A stretch of DNA of 64,000 nucleotides from Calcarisporiella thermophila CBS 279.70 (taxonomy: Eukaryota > Fungi > Calcarisporiellomycota), in the NCBI RefSeq assembly GCF_041956535.1, contig NW_027192199.1, positions 838,515-902,514 of the forward strand, read 5' to 3'. Below, one piece after another: positions 48,936 to 61,210 of this stretch (within the stretch, counting starts at the first letter, position 1; the number at the start of each line of letters is the position of its first letter). The notes below the pieces were generated by a model. It was given only the letters and a program-made list of their open reading frames with translations. It had not been told where the DNA came from and made no database searches. Position numbers and translations under genes: made by a program.

Positions 48936-49344
48936 TCAGGTGGAATAGGGGGTGTTATAGACGGTTGCCGGGGGCGAGTAGTAGTATTCGCCAGGGGGTC
49001 GGGGGGGTTGCTGCAGCGGAGGAGCCGGCGCAGATAGGGCAGGCTGCTGCGGCGGCATGGGTAAGGAGTAGGAGAGCGGCTGCCTCGAATACTGGTGCGA
49101 GAATTCAGGTTGCGGGGGAGGGCGGTAGGCGTGGGGGGCGGCGGAGGGGTCTGCCAAGGCGGGCGCGTATACGGCCTGGGGGGAGGGGAAGTCGGCCGCG
49201 GTGGCTGCGAGGTCGGCGGCCGGCGGCTGGTATTGGACGGGGAGGGCAGGGGAGTAGCGGACGCCCGTGCCGGGGGGGAAGGTGGCCACGGTGGGGGAGT
49301 AGGAGGCGCGGCGCGGCACGATCGAGACAGCATCCGCCTGCGGA

Positions 49345-49377
<33 letters not shown>

Positions 49378-50207
49378 ACGTAGTATGGGTCTCGGCCAGG
49401 GGCGGGCACGAAGGAGGGGCTGACGCCCGAGGTTGCGGGGGCGAGGTCGCCCTGGACGAACGACGAGGCGGCGGGGAAATGGCACCATAAGTCTGGGGCC
49501 TGCGGGGGCAGAGGCTCGTGGCCATGCTGGGGCTCGCGGTCGTAAGGGGGCGCGTAGCGGGCGTGGGGCGGCGGCGGCGGGGGGTGGTGGTCGTGGTAGG
49601 TCGGGCTCGGGTAGGCGTCGGAGGGGGGCACCCGGAAGTTTTGCTTCTGGGTGAGCTCGGGCGAGATGTCAAGGGCGGCCAGCTCGGGCACCGACGATGG
49701 GGTCCGGAGGCGCCCGGAGATGACGTCCTCCACGGCGTAGTAGCTGACGAGATGCTGGTTGACGCCGCCCACCACTACCGACATCGTCTTCTTGATCAGG
49801 CCATTCTTTTTGAATCGGAATGCATTCGTCAGGCTGCCGATCAGGGCCCTCTCGCGCTCCCGCTCGGCGCGCACGGGCTCTGGGTAGGAGCCGGTCGAGG
49901 CACGCCGCTCCGAGTCGGAGAACGAGTCTTTCTTGTTGCCGGGGCCCCTCTTGTCGAGCTCGCGGTAGATCAGGAAGTTGCCCAGGATCCGGGATGGGCT
50001 CCACACGCGGCCATCGGTCCATCGCTTGATTCCCGACTCTCGCTCGTCGAAAACAAAGACGGTGCCCGAGCGGATCAGGCTGCGCTCCTTTTCCTGGAGA
50101 CGCCGGGTCACACGCGGGAGGAGATTGCGCTGGCATGCCTCGAAGATCAGAAGCATGTCCTGGGTGGTTTCGATGAAGCCGAAGAATGTTTCTGTGACGG
50201 CGCTCAT
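48936..50207 (-). CDS. Gti1/Pac2 (WOPR) family transcription factor, second Wor1/Gti1-like paralog
   Basis: MSAVTETFFGFIETTQDMLLIFEAC..IKRWTDGRVWSPSRILGNFLIYREL..ERALIGSLTNAFRFK; polyQ/P-rich tail; 5' UTR intron ~50282-50485. Confidence 0.95.
49348..49377 (-). repeat. (CAG)10 microsatellite encoding polyQ in WOPR 2
   Basis: Uninterrupted ctg run on the + strand. Confidence 0.9.
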
Positions 50208-52017
50208 GGTGGGCTCGTCGCTGGCTGGGGATGGGGCTTGAGTTGCAGGCGGGGGTGGGGGCGGGGGCGGCAACAATCAATCTATAGGCAGAAGAGGATG
50301 AGAGCTGATTAGAGCGCTGCAATGCCAGACGAGAGAGAGCTGGGATGGGGAGGGGCTGGAGGCTCCCTAGGGAGGAATCCGCCCGACAGGTTTTTCTCCT
50401 CCTCCAACCTGCTCGCGGTGCTTGGCTTCCCTCTCCCCTCCTTCTCTCCCTCCCGAGCGAGCCCAGCACGGCGGGCCAAACTCACCTTCAGACCGGGAGG
50501 ATGGCGGCCGCAGCAATCCGCAGTGAGAGCGCGCTGATGATGGCGGGGGGGAAGCTTGCTGAGAAACCTTGTCTGGCTCCAGGAGCTTAAAGCCAAGAGC
50601 GGGAGCAGAGGCGCGAGAGGGGGAAAATAAAAATAAAGGCGATTTCAAGCTGAGCGCCAAAATTTATACACTATGCAACACATGTACAAAGGGTTTGCCC
50701 GCCTCACGGCTCCCCTCGCCCTTCCTCGGGATAGCGCAACCATGGGAAAGATTCGCACAGAGCAAATCGATCACATCGTTACACGCCAGTCACGGATTTT
50801 TTTTTTTTTTTGCTTTTGTACCTGGTAATCCCACCTCTCCGTGTCGGCGTGGGACAACTCGCACCGGCCCTGCCTCCATTGGGGTGTGCCGGCCCATCCG
50901 CAGCCCGGCTCCGAGCCCCCCACACCTCCCCAGCCGCAGGCCCATTGGCCCAGCCCTGGGCCAACGACCCGTGGGCCGCTTCGAAAGAACGGTTCGCAGA
51001 ACAAATCTCGCCTGCTTCACGAGCAGTCACGGCCGATGCAGTCACGCCTCATCGTCCGGCCAACCGCGCGCGGCGGGGATTGGAAGGCGGAGAGTTAAGT
51101 TTCTGTCAAAGAGGAAAGCTTATCCCGCCCGCTGTATACTTATATACCCGCCTCAGGGGCCGCTGCTCGGCATGGACAGCGCTTCCGAAACATAGGGCAC
51201 GCGCGATGAGCGCCGATAAGCTGCACGCCGGCCTTGCGTGGCTTGCATCCGGCCTCCAATAGCCCGCCGGCCAACCTCCCCCCTCCCCAAGCTTGCTCCA
51301 AGCCAACCCGAAGCCATCCCCTGGCCCGCAAGTTCTCCACCCGGCTTCCTCTTGGCCATCGCTGGGCCGGATGGCCTGCGGCTGGGACCTCGGGCGGCTG
51401 CACTTTGGCAAGGCCCGTCTCCTCTTGCCCTCGGCCAGGACGGCCCGCAGCGGGTGCGCAACGGAACCCCCTCAAGCAACAATCACGGGATACTGGGGTC
51501 ACATGCTGCGGCCTTGGAGCCCAAGGGTGAGGAAGGCTACGGGCCGCAGCGCTGGCCTGAGAGGGAATGTTTGCTCACCATTCCTGGGCTCTCCTCTCCA
51601 CAAGCTGCAACGTTGCGCACACCAATGGGGGGAATCCAGCCCATTCCAAAACGGTATGACAAAAGCCTGATTCTATTTCGGTACCGCCTTCCGTCATCCT
51701 TGTGTATTGCACAGCTGCGGATGCTGCAGAGGTGAGAGCCTTACAGCCAAGGGCTATTCAAACGAGGGCCTTGTTACTTCGGCCAAGCTCCCGTTGCTCT
51801 CTGAGCCGCGTTCCGAGGTCTGTATTTAACCTATCATCGCAGACCTCGTCGCTCCCATGATTGGATCACGTCAGCAATCACTTACGCAATGCTGTAGACG
51901 TCATCCGCCCTGGCCGGAGGGTGGCAAAATACCAAGAAATGGAAATGGTGTTGGCATTGCTTTCCTCCCTGAATCGAGTTATTCCACCAACTACCTCTTG
52001 TAAAGGAACCTAGACCC

Positions 52018-52452
52018 ATGTCCATACAAAACGCCGCGGAAACAAACAACACTGACTCGGATGTGAGCGGGTTAGTCTTAGCGTTTGAGAATGATATCCG
52101 AGAGATCAATGGTAGGCTTCCTCTCCCCAATTTTAGCGACGCCGCCCCCCCCCCCCTTAATCTTCCCTTCTCTTCCATAGAGGACGTGTCCAGCATCAGC
52201 GAAAGATACCTTCTCACAAAGTCCACGCTTTCCTCCCTCGAGCAATACCACGGCATCATCTCCGATGAATCGATGAAACAAATGATGCGCGAGTACATCG
52301 AGTTTCGGCGCAGCTATGCTTTGCTGCTGCAGCAACACGAGGGGCGCTTACAGGAGCTCATCATACAGGCACGCGGCGTACTAGCAAAGCAGCATTCGGA
52401 CGGCCTGTGTGAGGGGTTGCAGGGGGTGGGCCTGCATGGCCGAGATGAGTAG
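52018..52452 (+). CDS. Hypothetical protein, helical C-terminus
   Basis: 144-aa ATG ORF with good start context (cccATGt) and protein-like composition; no recognisable domain. Confidence 0.5.
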   Translation: MSIQNAAETNNTDSDVSGLVLAFENDIREINGRLPLPNFSDAAPPPLNLPFSSIEDVSSISERYLLTKSTLSSLEQYHGIISDESMKQMMREYIEFRRSYALLLQQHEGRLQELIIQARGVLAKQHSDGLCEGLQGVGLHGRDE

Positions 52453-53094
52453 TGGGGCCCGCAAGGCATCCGGCATGTACGGCAGCATCATATCCTATAT
52501 CTATGTACGACTTTTCCTTTGCACATATGCTTATTTATATCTAGTGTATCGTCTGGAGCTAGCCAGCCCAGTTCATCTATATCCTCCATGATCCAGCGAT
52601 GGATCGTCCACAATCGACTTCTTTTTTTTTTTTTTGGATGGAAACTAGGTTTGCGATCACGTTCTTTTTGTGTCGCAGAAATGTCAGCAGAGATCCCCCA
52701 AAAATTTAATTCGAGTTTGAAATTTTTTTTTTTTGGCGGGAATAAACAAGGAAAAAGGGAGGAGCCCTCATCTTCTAATCTCTTGTTGGGGGACTGCTTC
52801 GCGCATGGTCTCATCCCATTAGCCTACTCGCTTGTCATCACCAGAACAAACTATCAAGACTCGCGCGGCCAAGAGCAAAGGGCGTAACCGTAATAGGGAA
52901 GAGAAAAAGAAGGGTTAAGACTATTTTCGCGGTATTTTTTTTATTTAAAACACCGGCACGAAACGAAAAAAAAAAGAATTTACCCCGGAAGTCTTTCATT
53001 GACTCGCCTTGTTTTTTCTCCATTCTCCCCTTGGTCTCCAATCCTCCTCTTTGGATCTCCAAACCTTTGCATCGCTAGGGTGCTTCCCATCTCC

Positions 53095-55701
53095 ATGGCA
53101 GAGTCAACGGCAACCCGTCGGCGCCGCCATAGTCTCGCTCTCCATGATCCGGCCTATGTTCCACGGGTCTCCTTCGACCAGCTGACCCCAACCCTTCCCG
53201 CCCTCTCCTTTACTCTACAGTGCAAATCCAGAGACTACCGGCGCACGCGCTGGTCACGCACCTTCCTGGTCGCCACGGAATTAAACACTTATTCCGACTA
53301 TGCGCTGGAATGGGTCCTGGATAAGCTGGTCGATGACGGCGATGAAGTGGTGGCTCTCCGCGTGGTGGCAGGGGAGCTTGCAAGATACGCAAACAACTAC
53401 GACAAGAGAGGAAGACGAGGCTCCATGCTCTTCGGCAACGGCGCCGGGCATGCGATGGGAATACAGGAGCAAGTCGATCAGTCGCGAGATGATGCTAGAC
53501 GAATTATGAATAGAATTATGGAGAAAAATCAGGACAAGAAGATCAGTATTGTGGTCGAATTTATCATCGGGAAGGTGCCAGACACCTTCCAGCGGATGGT
53601 ATGGGTCATGGGTAGTTTATCCCAAATGCGTTGACTAACCCTTCTGCAATTCCCCATGCAGATCAAGATGTATCAGCCCTCGCTCCTCGTCGTTGGAACT
53701 CGGGAACGATCCCACGTGAAGGGCTTTCTTCTGGGGGGGATCTCGCGGTACTTCCTGAACAACTGCCCTATCCCCGTCGTGGTGGTGCGGCCGGAGAAAA
53801 AGAAAACGAAAAAGCAGGCCAAAAAGTCGCCCACCCCCAAACGGCGCCACTCCCTCTCCACCGACGTCAGCACAAATGCAATGCGCAGACTCAGCTCCAT
53901 CTTCCGCCAGGCCCATCAGGCCAAAGAGAGAGAGGAGCAAAGCGAAAACACCAGCGCCGGCGAGGACACGCTCGGAGACATGTCGGATGCGGAGACCATG
54001 AGCAGCCGGCAGTCCACCCGGTCGGTGAGCGACACAGACGGTGAGTTCGACGTGGGTAGCATCGCGTTTGATGAGGTATCCGTCGCCGAGGAATCGGTTA
54101 TGACGAGCGCAAGCGCTCCGCAGCCCCCTTCCAACGCACCAGGAGACGCAGATGCCGCGCGTCCACGGCTGTCGAACTCCGGCTCTGGGGCATGGAAAAT
54201 CACGGCCCTGGTCGGGTTCAAACGAAGAAAATCAATCGGCGAGAAGGCGGAGAGTGCGGCGGCTGTGCAGCATGGCACTGAAAAGGTATACGAAGAGGCC
54301 GCGGGGAAAATCGAAGGAGAGCAAGGACGGGTGGCACAGGAAACTGTCCGCCATAGTGAAGAGGGCGAGCAGGCCTTGTCCCCACCTTCTTCCCGGCCCA
54401 CCTCCTCTTCCTCCTCCTCCTCCTCCTCCTCGGCTCCGGTGGTTTCGGAGTGCTTGAATCCTGCTGGAAGTAGCCATACGGCCTCCACCGAAGGAAGACG
54501 TCGTGAACAGGATGCATTTTTTCGACGACTGATGTCCTACTTCACTCGTAGGACCACCGTTGAAAAACCTCCCATCGGGCCCCAGTCCTCGACCCCCTCC
54601 CATACAATCGAAAATCAAGTGGACGACCTCAGCTTCGCCGGGTCGGCCGAAAAAGAAGATCAGGACCAGGACCTCGCCGATGAAGACGGAGCTTCCGTCG
54701 CCTCCGATGACACCGTCACGGATCGGAAAACGCCGGATTCGCCCTCCGATCAGGAAGCCGGGGAGCAGAATGGCACTCGCCCCAGGGCCAATGAGGCCCC
54801 TTCCTCTCTACCTCCTCTCCCATCCTCCGATCCTGCCAGGGGAACCGCTGCCACGGGCACCAAGGAACCTCGTCGGTCGCGAAGACTGAGTGCTCTCATT
54901 GGGATGGGGTTTCGACGTCGCTCGGCTCCCCCCCAGCTGACCCCCCTGCTCACCACGTCGACGCCAACGGCGCACCTGCCGCTTTCCTCCGCGGATGCAG
55001 TAGGTGAAGATCTAGGATATGTGAGCGAAACGAATGCCAGCGAGGATGGATACTGGTCTTCTGATCAGGCTTCAGTGGCGTCCGACTCGACCATCACCCG
55101 GCTCCAGCGACGAGAGTTCGTTCGTCCCCATGCCACCCACATGGTGACCAACATTGACCCAGCGCTTGCCGCCCTCTCCTCTCTTGCCGGCATCCCCCAC
55201 GCGGAAAGAGGAGGCGATGATAGGGCGGTGCTTCTTTCAGAATCCCCGGACAGAGTCTCACACGTAGATGGCTCGGCCTGTCGCGGGGTGGCTCCTGGGG
55301 ACGAATACTCGGGTTACTGGTCGGAGGACCAGGCATCCGTAGTGTCCGAAAATGCGCTGTGCACAATTAAGCGTGAGCGCTCGCGACGTCGTCTAAGCGA
55401 GATAGTCACCCGTCTTAGTGGGCCGCGCCGTGACGCTTTACTCAGTTCAGCGCAAGAGCGCGGTGATTCAGCGGAGAGCTTGGGCGCAGAGGGGGGCATA
55501 AAGCCACCCTCATTCGATTCCAACCTCACCTCTTCCTCCTCCTCATCCTCCTCGTGGTCCGTGTCAAGCTCTTCCATCGGAGGAGGCGTTCTTGGTTTTG
55601 GTACAAGGAGGTTGAGTGCATTGATGGGATTTGGACGTCCGTCGCCAGAGATCAACGGAAAAGAGAATAAGCCTCTCCCGCCCGTCCCAAATGTAGATTG
55701 A
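53095..55701 (+). CDS. Universal stress protein (USP) domain protein with long disordered C-terminus; intron ~53598-53661
   Basis: RTFLVATELNTYSDYALEWVLDKLVDDGDEVVALRVV, IVVEFIIGKV, YQPSLLVVGTR..GGISRYFLNNCPIPVVVVRP. Confidence 0.88.
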
Positions 55702-56273
55702 CCCCCGTCCCCAAAAAGTAGCCACTCCTCATTGTACTCTAGTATATGGACACTCTCTTGATACCCGATCCCTCCATGCCAATCCATCTCCATGTTCACT
55801 TCTTTTGCCCCATTTGTGTGTATGCAATGCTATTTCCTCTTTTTTTTTGTCACTCCCAATTTAACACTCTTATCTATTGCAATATTACGTGTTTGTCTTT
55901 TCCCCTTTATTTCCCTTTCCCTCACACATGAGACTGACTTTGGATGCCGACTCCCTATATGGAATTGTTTTGTCTGCTCTTTTACTTCATTTTATTTCAA
56001 TCCCGAAAGACTTTTTAATTTTTTGGAATTTTTTTTTTTTTGTTAGTGAAAAAACAAAATGCTGTCTTCTCTTTTTTTTTTCGCAGATTCTTTTCTTTTC
56101 TTTTTGCTATTCAAACTTTTACGAAGTGGTGTTGAAAAAGTGTCTGTTTTTGGTTGACAAGTTGAATTGAATTTTGCTAGTAATATTATCTTGAAAGCGG
56201 CTAGCCAAATGGGGAAGGAACTGAAGCCTATTGAACCGAAAACCTTAAGGTTTCATTTACCATCGGAATATTC

Positions 56274-56321
56274 TAAGGGCAAATAAGTAGAATATCCGAA
56301 TATTCTACTTATTCGCCCTTA
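56274..56321. repeat. Near-perfect 22-bp-arm palindrome (collapsed TIR/MITE-like)
   Basis: taagggcaaataagtagaatat-ccga-atattctacttattcgccctta; one mismatch between arms. Confidence 0.75.
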
Positions 56322-56534
56322 AGCCTATAGATTCAAGTCCCGTATTCTTGGATCGTTTCCTTCGAAAATCCTATTCTCCCTCTAAAATAATCTGGAGCCG
56401 CTAAATTTAAATAGAACCATTTTAACTCTTGGAGCTTATTAGATAGCTTATTAGCTTATAAGAGTTGCAAAGTAGTGAAAAGGACGGGTAAAGCCAACTA
56501 CACCTCAATCGCCCAAGTTTCTCTTTCCGGCGGC

Positions 56535-57620
56535 CAAAGGCAATATTGTTTTGGCAGGGGGGATCTTTATTAAAGTAACCTTTTCAACATGCAAAGGCAA
56601 GCTTTTTTCCCCAAGGAAAACAATGGATCTATTAATAAAAAGTATTCTGTGCAGTTAAAATAGAGTAAGATGGATTCTGCGTCAAATTCGCCTGGGTACT
56701 GCCTCCCAGCCTACCTCGAAATGGTTTATATTTGAGTAAAAACGAGGTATTTAATTATAGTTGACTGAAATATATGGTTGAGCGGATTGGATAGAAATAT
56801 ATACATAGCAAATTCTCCTTTACACCCTCATCAATTGATATAAAGTGAGCAAAAAGTTGAAGGAGTACGATATTTGCTGACGCTATATTAGATATTTAAG
56901 CTCATGTCCCGTCAGGACTACTGGAGGCTTTTTTTTTTTTAGAGCGGCTCTTGCATGCTGGCCTGTAGTGTTGAGTAGGCTATTTGATTGCTGTGAGGCC
57001 AGAGATGATCGATATTGAGACTTCTCTTGGCTGTCATAGTGGGTAGATCAAGGCCGGTTGTTTTGCGGAATACTGTGGATGTTTGAGATTTGGGATTGGG
57101 TGTGATAGCTTGAGAGTTGCTGAGTAGCTTGCCCATATCTCCTGGTGATTTTTATTGCCTCTTGGGCTCCTTATCTGTATTCGTGTTATCTGGTGCAGTT
57201 TCACGGTGGATTTTTTTGGACAAGCTTATATTCTTGATGCTGCCTGAACTTCTTTGGGCATTCTATGGCTAGGTGGCCAGGTGCCTTTCAGTAGTGACAC
57301 ACTTGGTAGAGCAACTCCAGGATGGATTATTTTATTAAATTCATGTCTACCGGCGGGGTAGGATAATTTTTAGCGGTTCCGAAATCCCGTGGTTCGATTT
57401 GGGTATGGCGTAGCAATGGCCTTGCTACCACTCCATATTGCCATAGTATTGAAGATCTATTTGGATTACTCGGGCATATTTGGAGTGGGATTCTTCTAAC
57501 TTTGCTCTGAGTGTGCCCTCTTCTTGTCCAAGGAGATCACTGGTGCATACAATTAAACACTGACTGAAACATAGACAAGCTTCGATAGCCTTGAACTTTC
57601 GATCATTCACATAAAATCCA
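56535..57620 (-). mobile_element. Cluster of decayed LINE fragments upstream of tRNA-Thr(CGT)
   Basis: T-tracts at ~56548, 56603 and 56928; AATAAAGATCC-type 3' ends; caaaggcaa direct repeat at 56535/56592; 3' UTR motif shared with 60924 and 62866; broken ORF1-like frame at 57300-57610. Confidence 0.6.
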
Positions 57621-57757
57621 TCCTTAATTATTTGCTAAAAGTTCACCTTAGAATTCCTCAGCATGACGTTATAAGGTAAAAAATTTTCTGCATGAATTGC
57701 TGCGCCACTTATTCATGTCATGATGCTATCTCTGACACACTTTTCAACGAGCAAATT

Positions 57758-57829
57758 GCCTGAGTGGCTTAGTGGCATAGCGTCTGTCTCGTAAACAGAA
57801 GATCGCGCGTTCGATTCGCGCCTTAGGCA
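57758..57829 (+). tRNA. tRNA-Thr(CGT)
   Basis: GCCTGAGTGGCTTAGTGGCATAGCGTCTGTCT-CGT-AAACAGAAGATCGCGCGTTCGATTCGCGCCTTAGGCA, followed by T-run terminators. Confidence 0.93.
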
Positions 57830-58262
57830 TTTAATTTTTATTTTATAGATTTTTCTGGGAATCCCTCCACAACACCTTTTGAATATGTTTGCTGCATTGA
57901 TGGAAAGAATTTTCTCTATTATTTTGGATATTTAGGGCTTTTACTAAACAACGGTTTCATACATCAACTTGCGACCCGTATTTGGACCCATCTGTTTTAC
58001 CCATCCTCATAACCAATTTATGACGACTCTGGTTCAAGAGGTATGGTAAGTAGAGTACCCGAGCATAACCAAAGGATATATAGGATTAAAAACAGATATT
58101 GTATTATTCATATATATGTTTTTATATCCGAGGCTTATTTCCTCTATAACAATAGCCATCCTCGATAGAATCACTAGCTTTAGGATTGTGGCTTGCCCCT
58201 TTCAAGGCAGGCCAAATTTCTATTTCAATTCACTGACCCTCTATAACAAGTACATTCAAGTG

Positions 58263-58810
58263 ATGAGTTTCCTTTCAGACCTGCCATCAAAGAATAGTAC
58301 GGCCTTCTCCAAGCTTCTGTCGCAAGATGTCAACCGTGAACATCAGCCCTCATCACGCCAGAAGCGATTTGTGACTCACATAGCAACTCACGATACCAGC
58401 CCTAAGCAAGGTGAATCTTCAAAATCTAATGCTGTTGGCCAATAATTTGATGGATGGAATCCGTATTTTGAATCTAGTGGTCAATACCGAGAAATGTAGT
58501 GTGCTGCTTCGCTACCTTTATAAACGAAATGAGGGAGTGGTGCGTCAAAATACATTCAATTGAATTGAGGCAGTTAATTCTAACGGTTCCGTTCTAGGAT
58601 TCGCACTGGCCGTTCAATAATTCGAATGATCACAACATTAATAATGAATTCGGCGTGCACTCGAATGACAGCGATGATCCGGAGCCTAGTAAACATTCAG
58701 AAGAATTGGCAGCACTGAATAGAGCAACCTTTTCCTCTACATCGACTCCGAAAAGAGGACCCCATTCACCCAACTCCAGTAGCGAAAGCAAGAAGAGCCG
58801 ACTGAAGTAG
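58263..58810 (+). CDS. DDA1: DET1- and DDB1-associated protein 1, 3 exons
   Basis: Spliced product MSFLSDLPSKNSTAFSKL..HIATHDTSPKQ/VVNTEKCSVLLRYLYKRNE matches the DDA1 pattern FL..LP..N..NFS..Q.I.TEK.N.LLRYL; introns 58411-58477 and 58541-58598. Confidence 0.8.
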
Positions 58811-59539
58811 TACACCAAAATGTATTTATCCCTGTTCTCTTCGCAGGGCCCTATTTGTATCGGTCATGCACGCAAAGTATTGGTCGACAAAAGAGTGATT
58901 GCTTGAGAGAGTAAAATGGTTTCGTTTATAAGAAACATCGCGAGGCTGAACCGTAGGTGCTGAGAGCAACCTGTTTATTGGACCATTTGTGGCCTCTTCG
59001 ACGCGTAACTCAATGATATCCTGGGGCTTATTTATTGATGAATATCAGAAAGCTCTATCGATACTTCAATTGTAAAACCACTGCATTTCCCCTTTACGTA
59101 TATATAGATACCACTCTCGACTTTCTATTTCATCTCATATGGTCAAGGAATATGAAGAACAAAGTTAATATAGATAATGCTTTCATTGACTTTCTATCTG
59201 CCTTGTTTATCACTATTTCTCAAATTAAAATGATGAAATGGGATCCGATAAGACAAGAAAATCAGTTCTTGGCTCCCATCTGTAATTTCAATTTCGGTAT
59301 CTAGTGTAATAGTTCTGAAGTCTAGTGTCTTGTCTCATGTTTCTGGCTTCCGGCAATTCACAAAGGAGAATTTTACTAATTTATTCAATGAGGAATGGTT
59401 CTCAAAATAGTAGCAAGCTAAAGATTTATATATCATTTAACCTAGCTAAATTATATAAATAAAAGCATGTTGGGTGTTAAAAAAAACACGCTAATGATAC
59501 TGTAAGGTTGACATTTTGAAAAATTTTACATTAGAGCGC

Positions 59540-60843
59540 TTTTTTTTTCCTGTTGGACGCGATCACTTGCCAGTCCGATGTTATTAAAATATATTTTACG
59601 TGTTAAGGAAACTTTCAAACAAGGTTATTTGGTATAAAAAAACAAAGAGTAAAGCTTGAAAAGATCCATGCTTGGAAGAGTCGATCTAGGTATTCTTTGC
59701 TTCCTCAGGATTCAATGGCTACCTCTTGGTTATCGTCGATTCGGATTAGCGAGCTCTCTACCCATTTTTGCTTGAAATTTTCTACACCTTTTTTTTTCCT
59801 CTGTACCTGTACTCGTTCCCCTTTGATTGCAATAAGTAAATCGGATACATTTAAAAGCAGTGTCATTATGCTCTTGGTCATCCATGACGATTGCAGTTCT
59901 GACCTTATACAATAGATGCTCCAGACCATGGTATCGCGTAGCAACATAGAGACTTGATGGTCTTTGCCTAGCGCCTCCTCGTGATATCTGATATGTTCAT
60001 ATCTCTGAATGATATACAGTAGTGAAGGTTGGGCGCGGTTTTCAAGACGGAATTGGGACTTAGATTTGAGGTGCAGAGGTTCCTATGAAAAGATCACAGA
60101 TTCGTCTATGATATTCAGCCAGTTTCACCTTGAGATTTTATCGATGAAGCCTTTCATCCAAACCTGCTTCATTGTCTTCCACCGCTTGGACTTTACTTCT
60201 CGCTGTAATTCGTGGTCAAATTGCCCAGTTATGGCTACAGAGTTGGATTGGACATCGTCAAGCACTAATTCAAGTCTCGAGCGGTATATTATCCACAAGG
60301 CTATGTTGTGGCTCAGAGCACCCACTTCGTAGAAGTGTTGGCCAATTTGCTCGTCTTGTCCTAACAGTCTTCTCTCGTGGATTCGTGTGGTGGTATGCAA
60401 ACTTTTCGGCAATTTGTCTCGCCAACTCTGCCAGATTTATGCGATAGCCGAGCAGTCTAGGAAGGCGTGGGCAATTGTTTCAGGTATTCTTAGGGAACAC
60501 ATTTTGCAATTCGAGTATCTGTCAGGGTTCCTCGCGACTAGAGCGTACACCTCGGGTTCGATTAATGGTCGGTAGATAGTGTCCCTGTGAGGTTTGAAGA
60601 AATCTTCCAGTTTCACTAGCCCGAATTTTTCTGCTTTCCCTTTCACTGGTGCTCCTTCTATAGTAAAATAAGAATTGTTACTAAGGGGGAGGGGGAGTAC
60701 TTCATCTAGGGTGAAGCTATATCATTTGGTTAAGCCCAGTTTTCCGCTTAAACTCTGCCACACTCTTACGAGGTGTGGCCACAAACCACTCTTTCTTATC
60801 AGCTTGTGCTGGGTGTAACAGGTAGCTAGGATGCCAATTACCT
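59540..60843 (-). mobile_element. Two 5'-truncated L1/Tx1-like LINE ORF2 C-terminal fragments
   Basis: LLRDTMVWSIYKVR..FKQKW; CKMC..ETIAHAFLDC (CCHC zf-RVT); IALWIIYRSR..KQVW; frameshifts and stops present. Confidence 0.75.
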
Positions 60844-60973
60844 TGACGAGATGGGTGGTTTATTTTTTCTCCCTTGGGGTGTATTTTTTTAAATCCACTC
60901 AATGAATTTTATCTGAAGGGAATGGAAGGGTAGACTTCTACGTCAAAATCACCTAGGTACTGCCCTGGCCTCC

Positions 60974-61186
60974 TTTTTTTTTGTGGTTGGATTGGTCCTA
61001 AGGATTATTTCTATCTATTTTTGTAGCCGCTTGATATTACTTGCTTGTTGCTATACTATCGATAGCAGTTGAGTCCTGAGAAAAACCCGGCAAATTCTCA
61101 TAGACGGGTGTCGCCTACGGGAATCGAACCCATAATTTAGTTATTCGGCTCCGGGATCCCAAACCTATACGCCAACCAAGGGCGAC
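60974..61186 (-). mobile_element. Second tRNA-derived SINE-like element (family 2)
   Basis: Head GTCGCCC..ATGGGTTCGATTCCCGTAGGCGACA (61186-61109) has acceptor and T stems but degenerate D/anticodon arms; ~125-bp body; poly(A) 60982-60974. Confidence 0.6.
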
Positions 61187-61210
61187 TGATGAGATGGGCG
61201 GTCAACCACA

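Noticed and set aside
48890-51735. Alternative-frame and antisense ORFs over and upstream of WOPR 2
   Set aside because: Shadows of high-GC3 coding DNA and a GC-rich promoter.
61109-61186. tRNA-Pro(TGG) gene
   Set aside because: D and anticodon arms do not pair; better explained as a SINE head.
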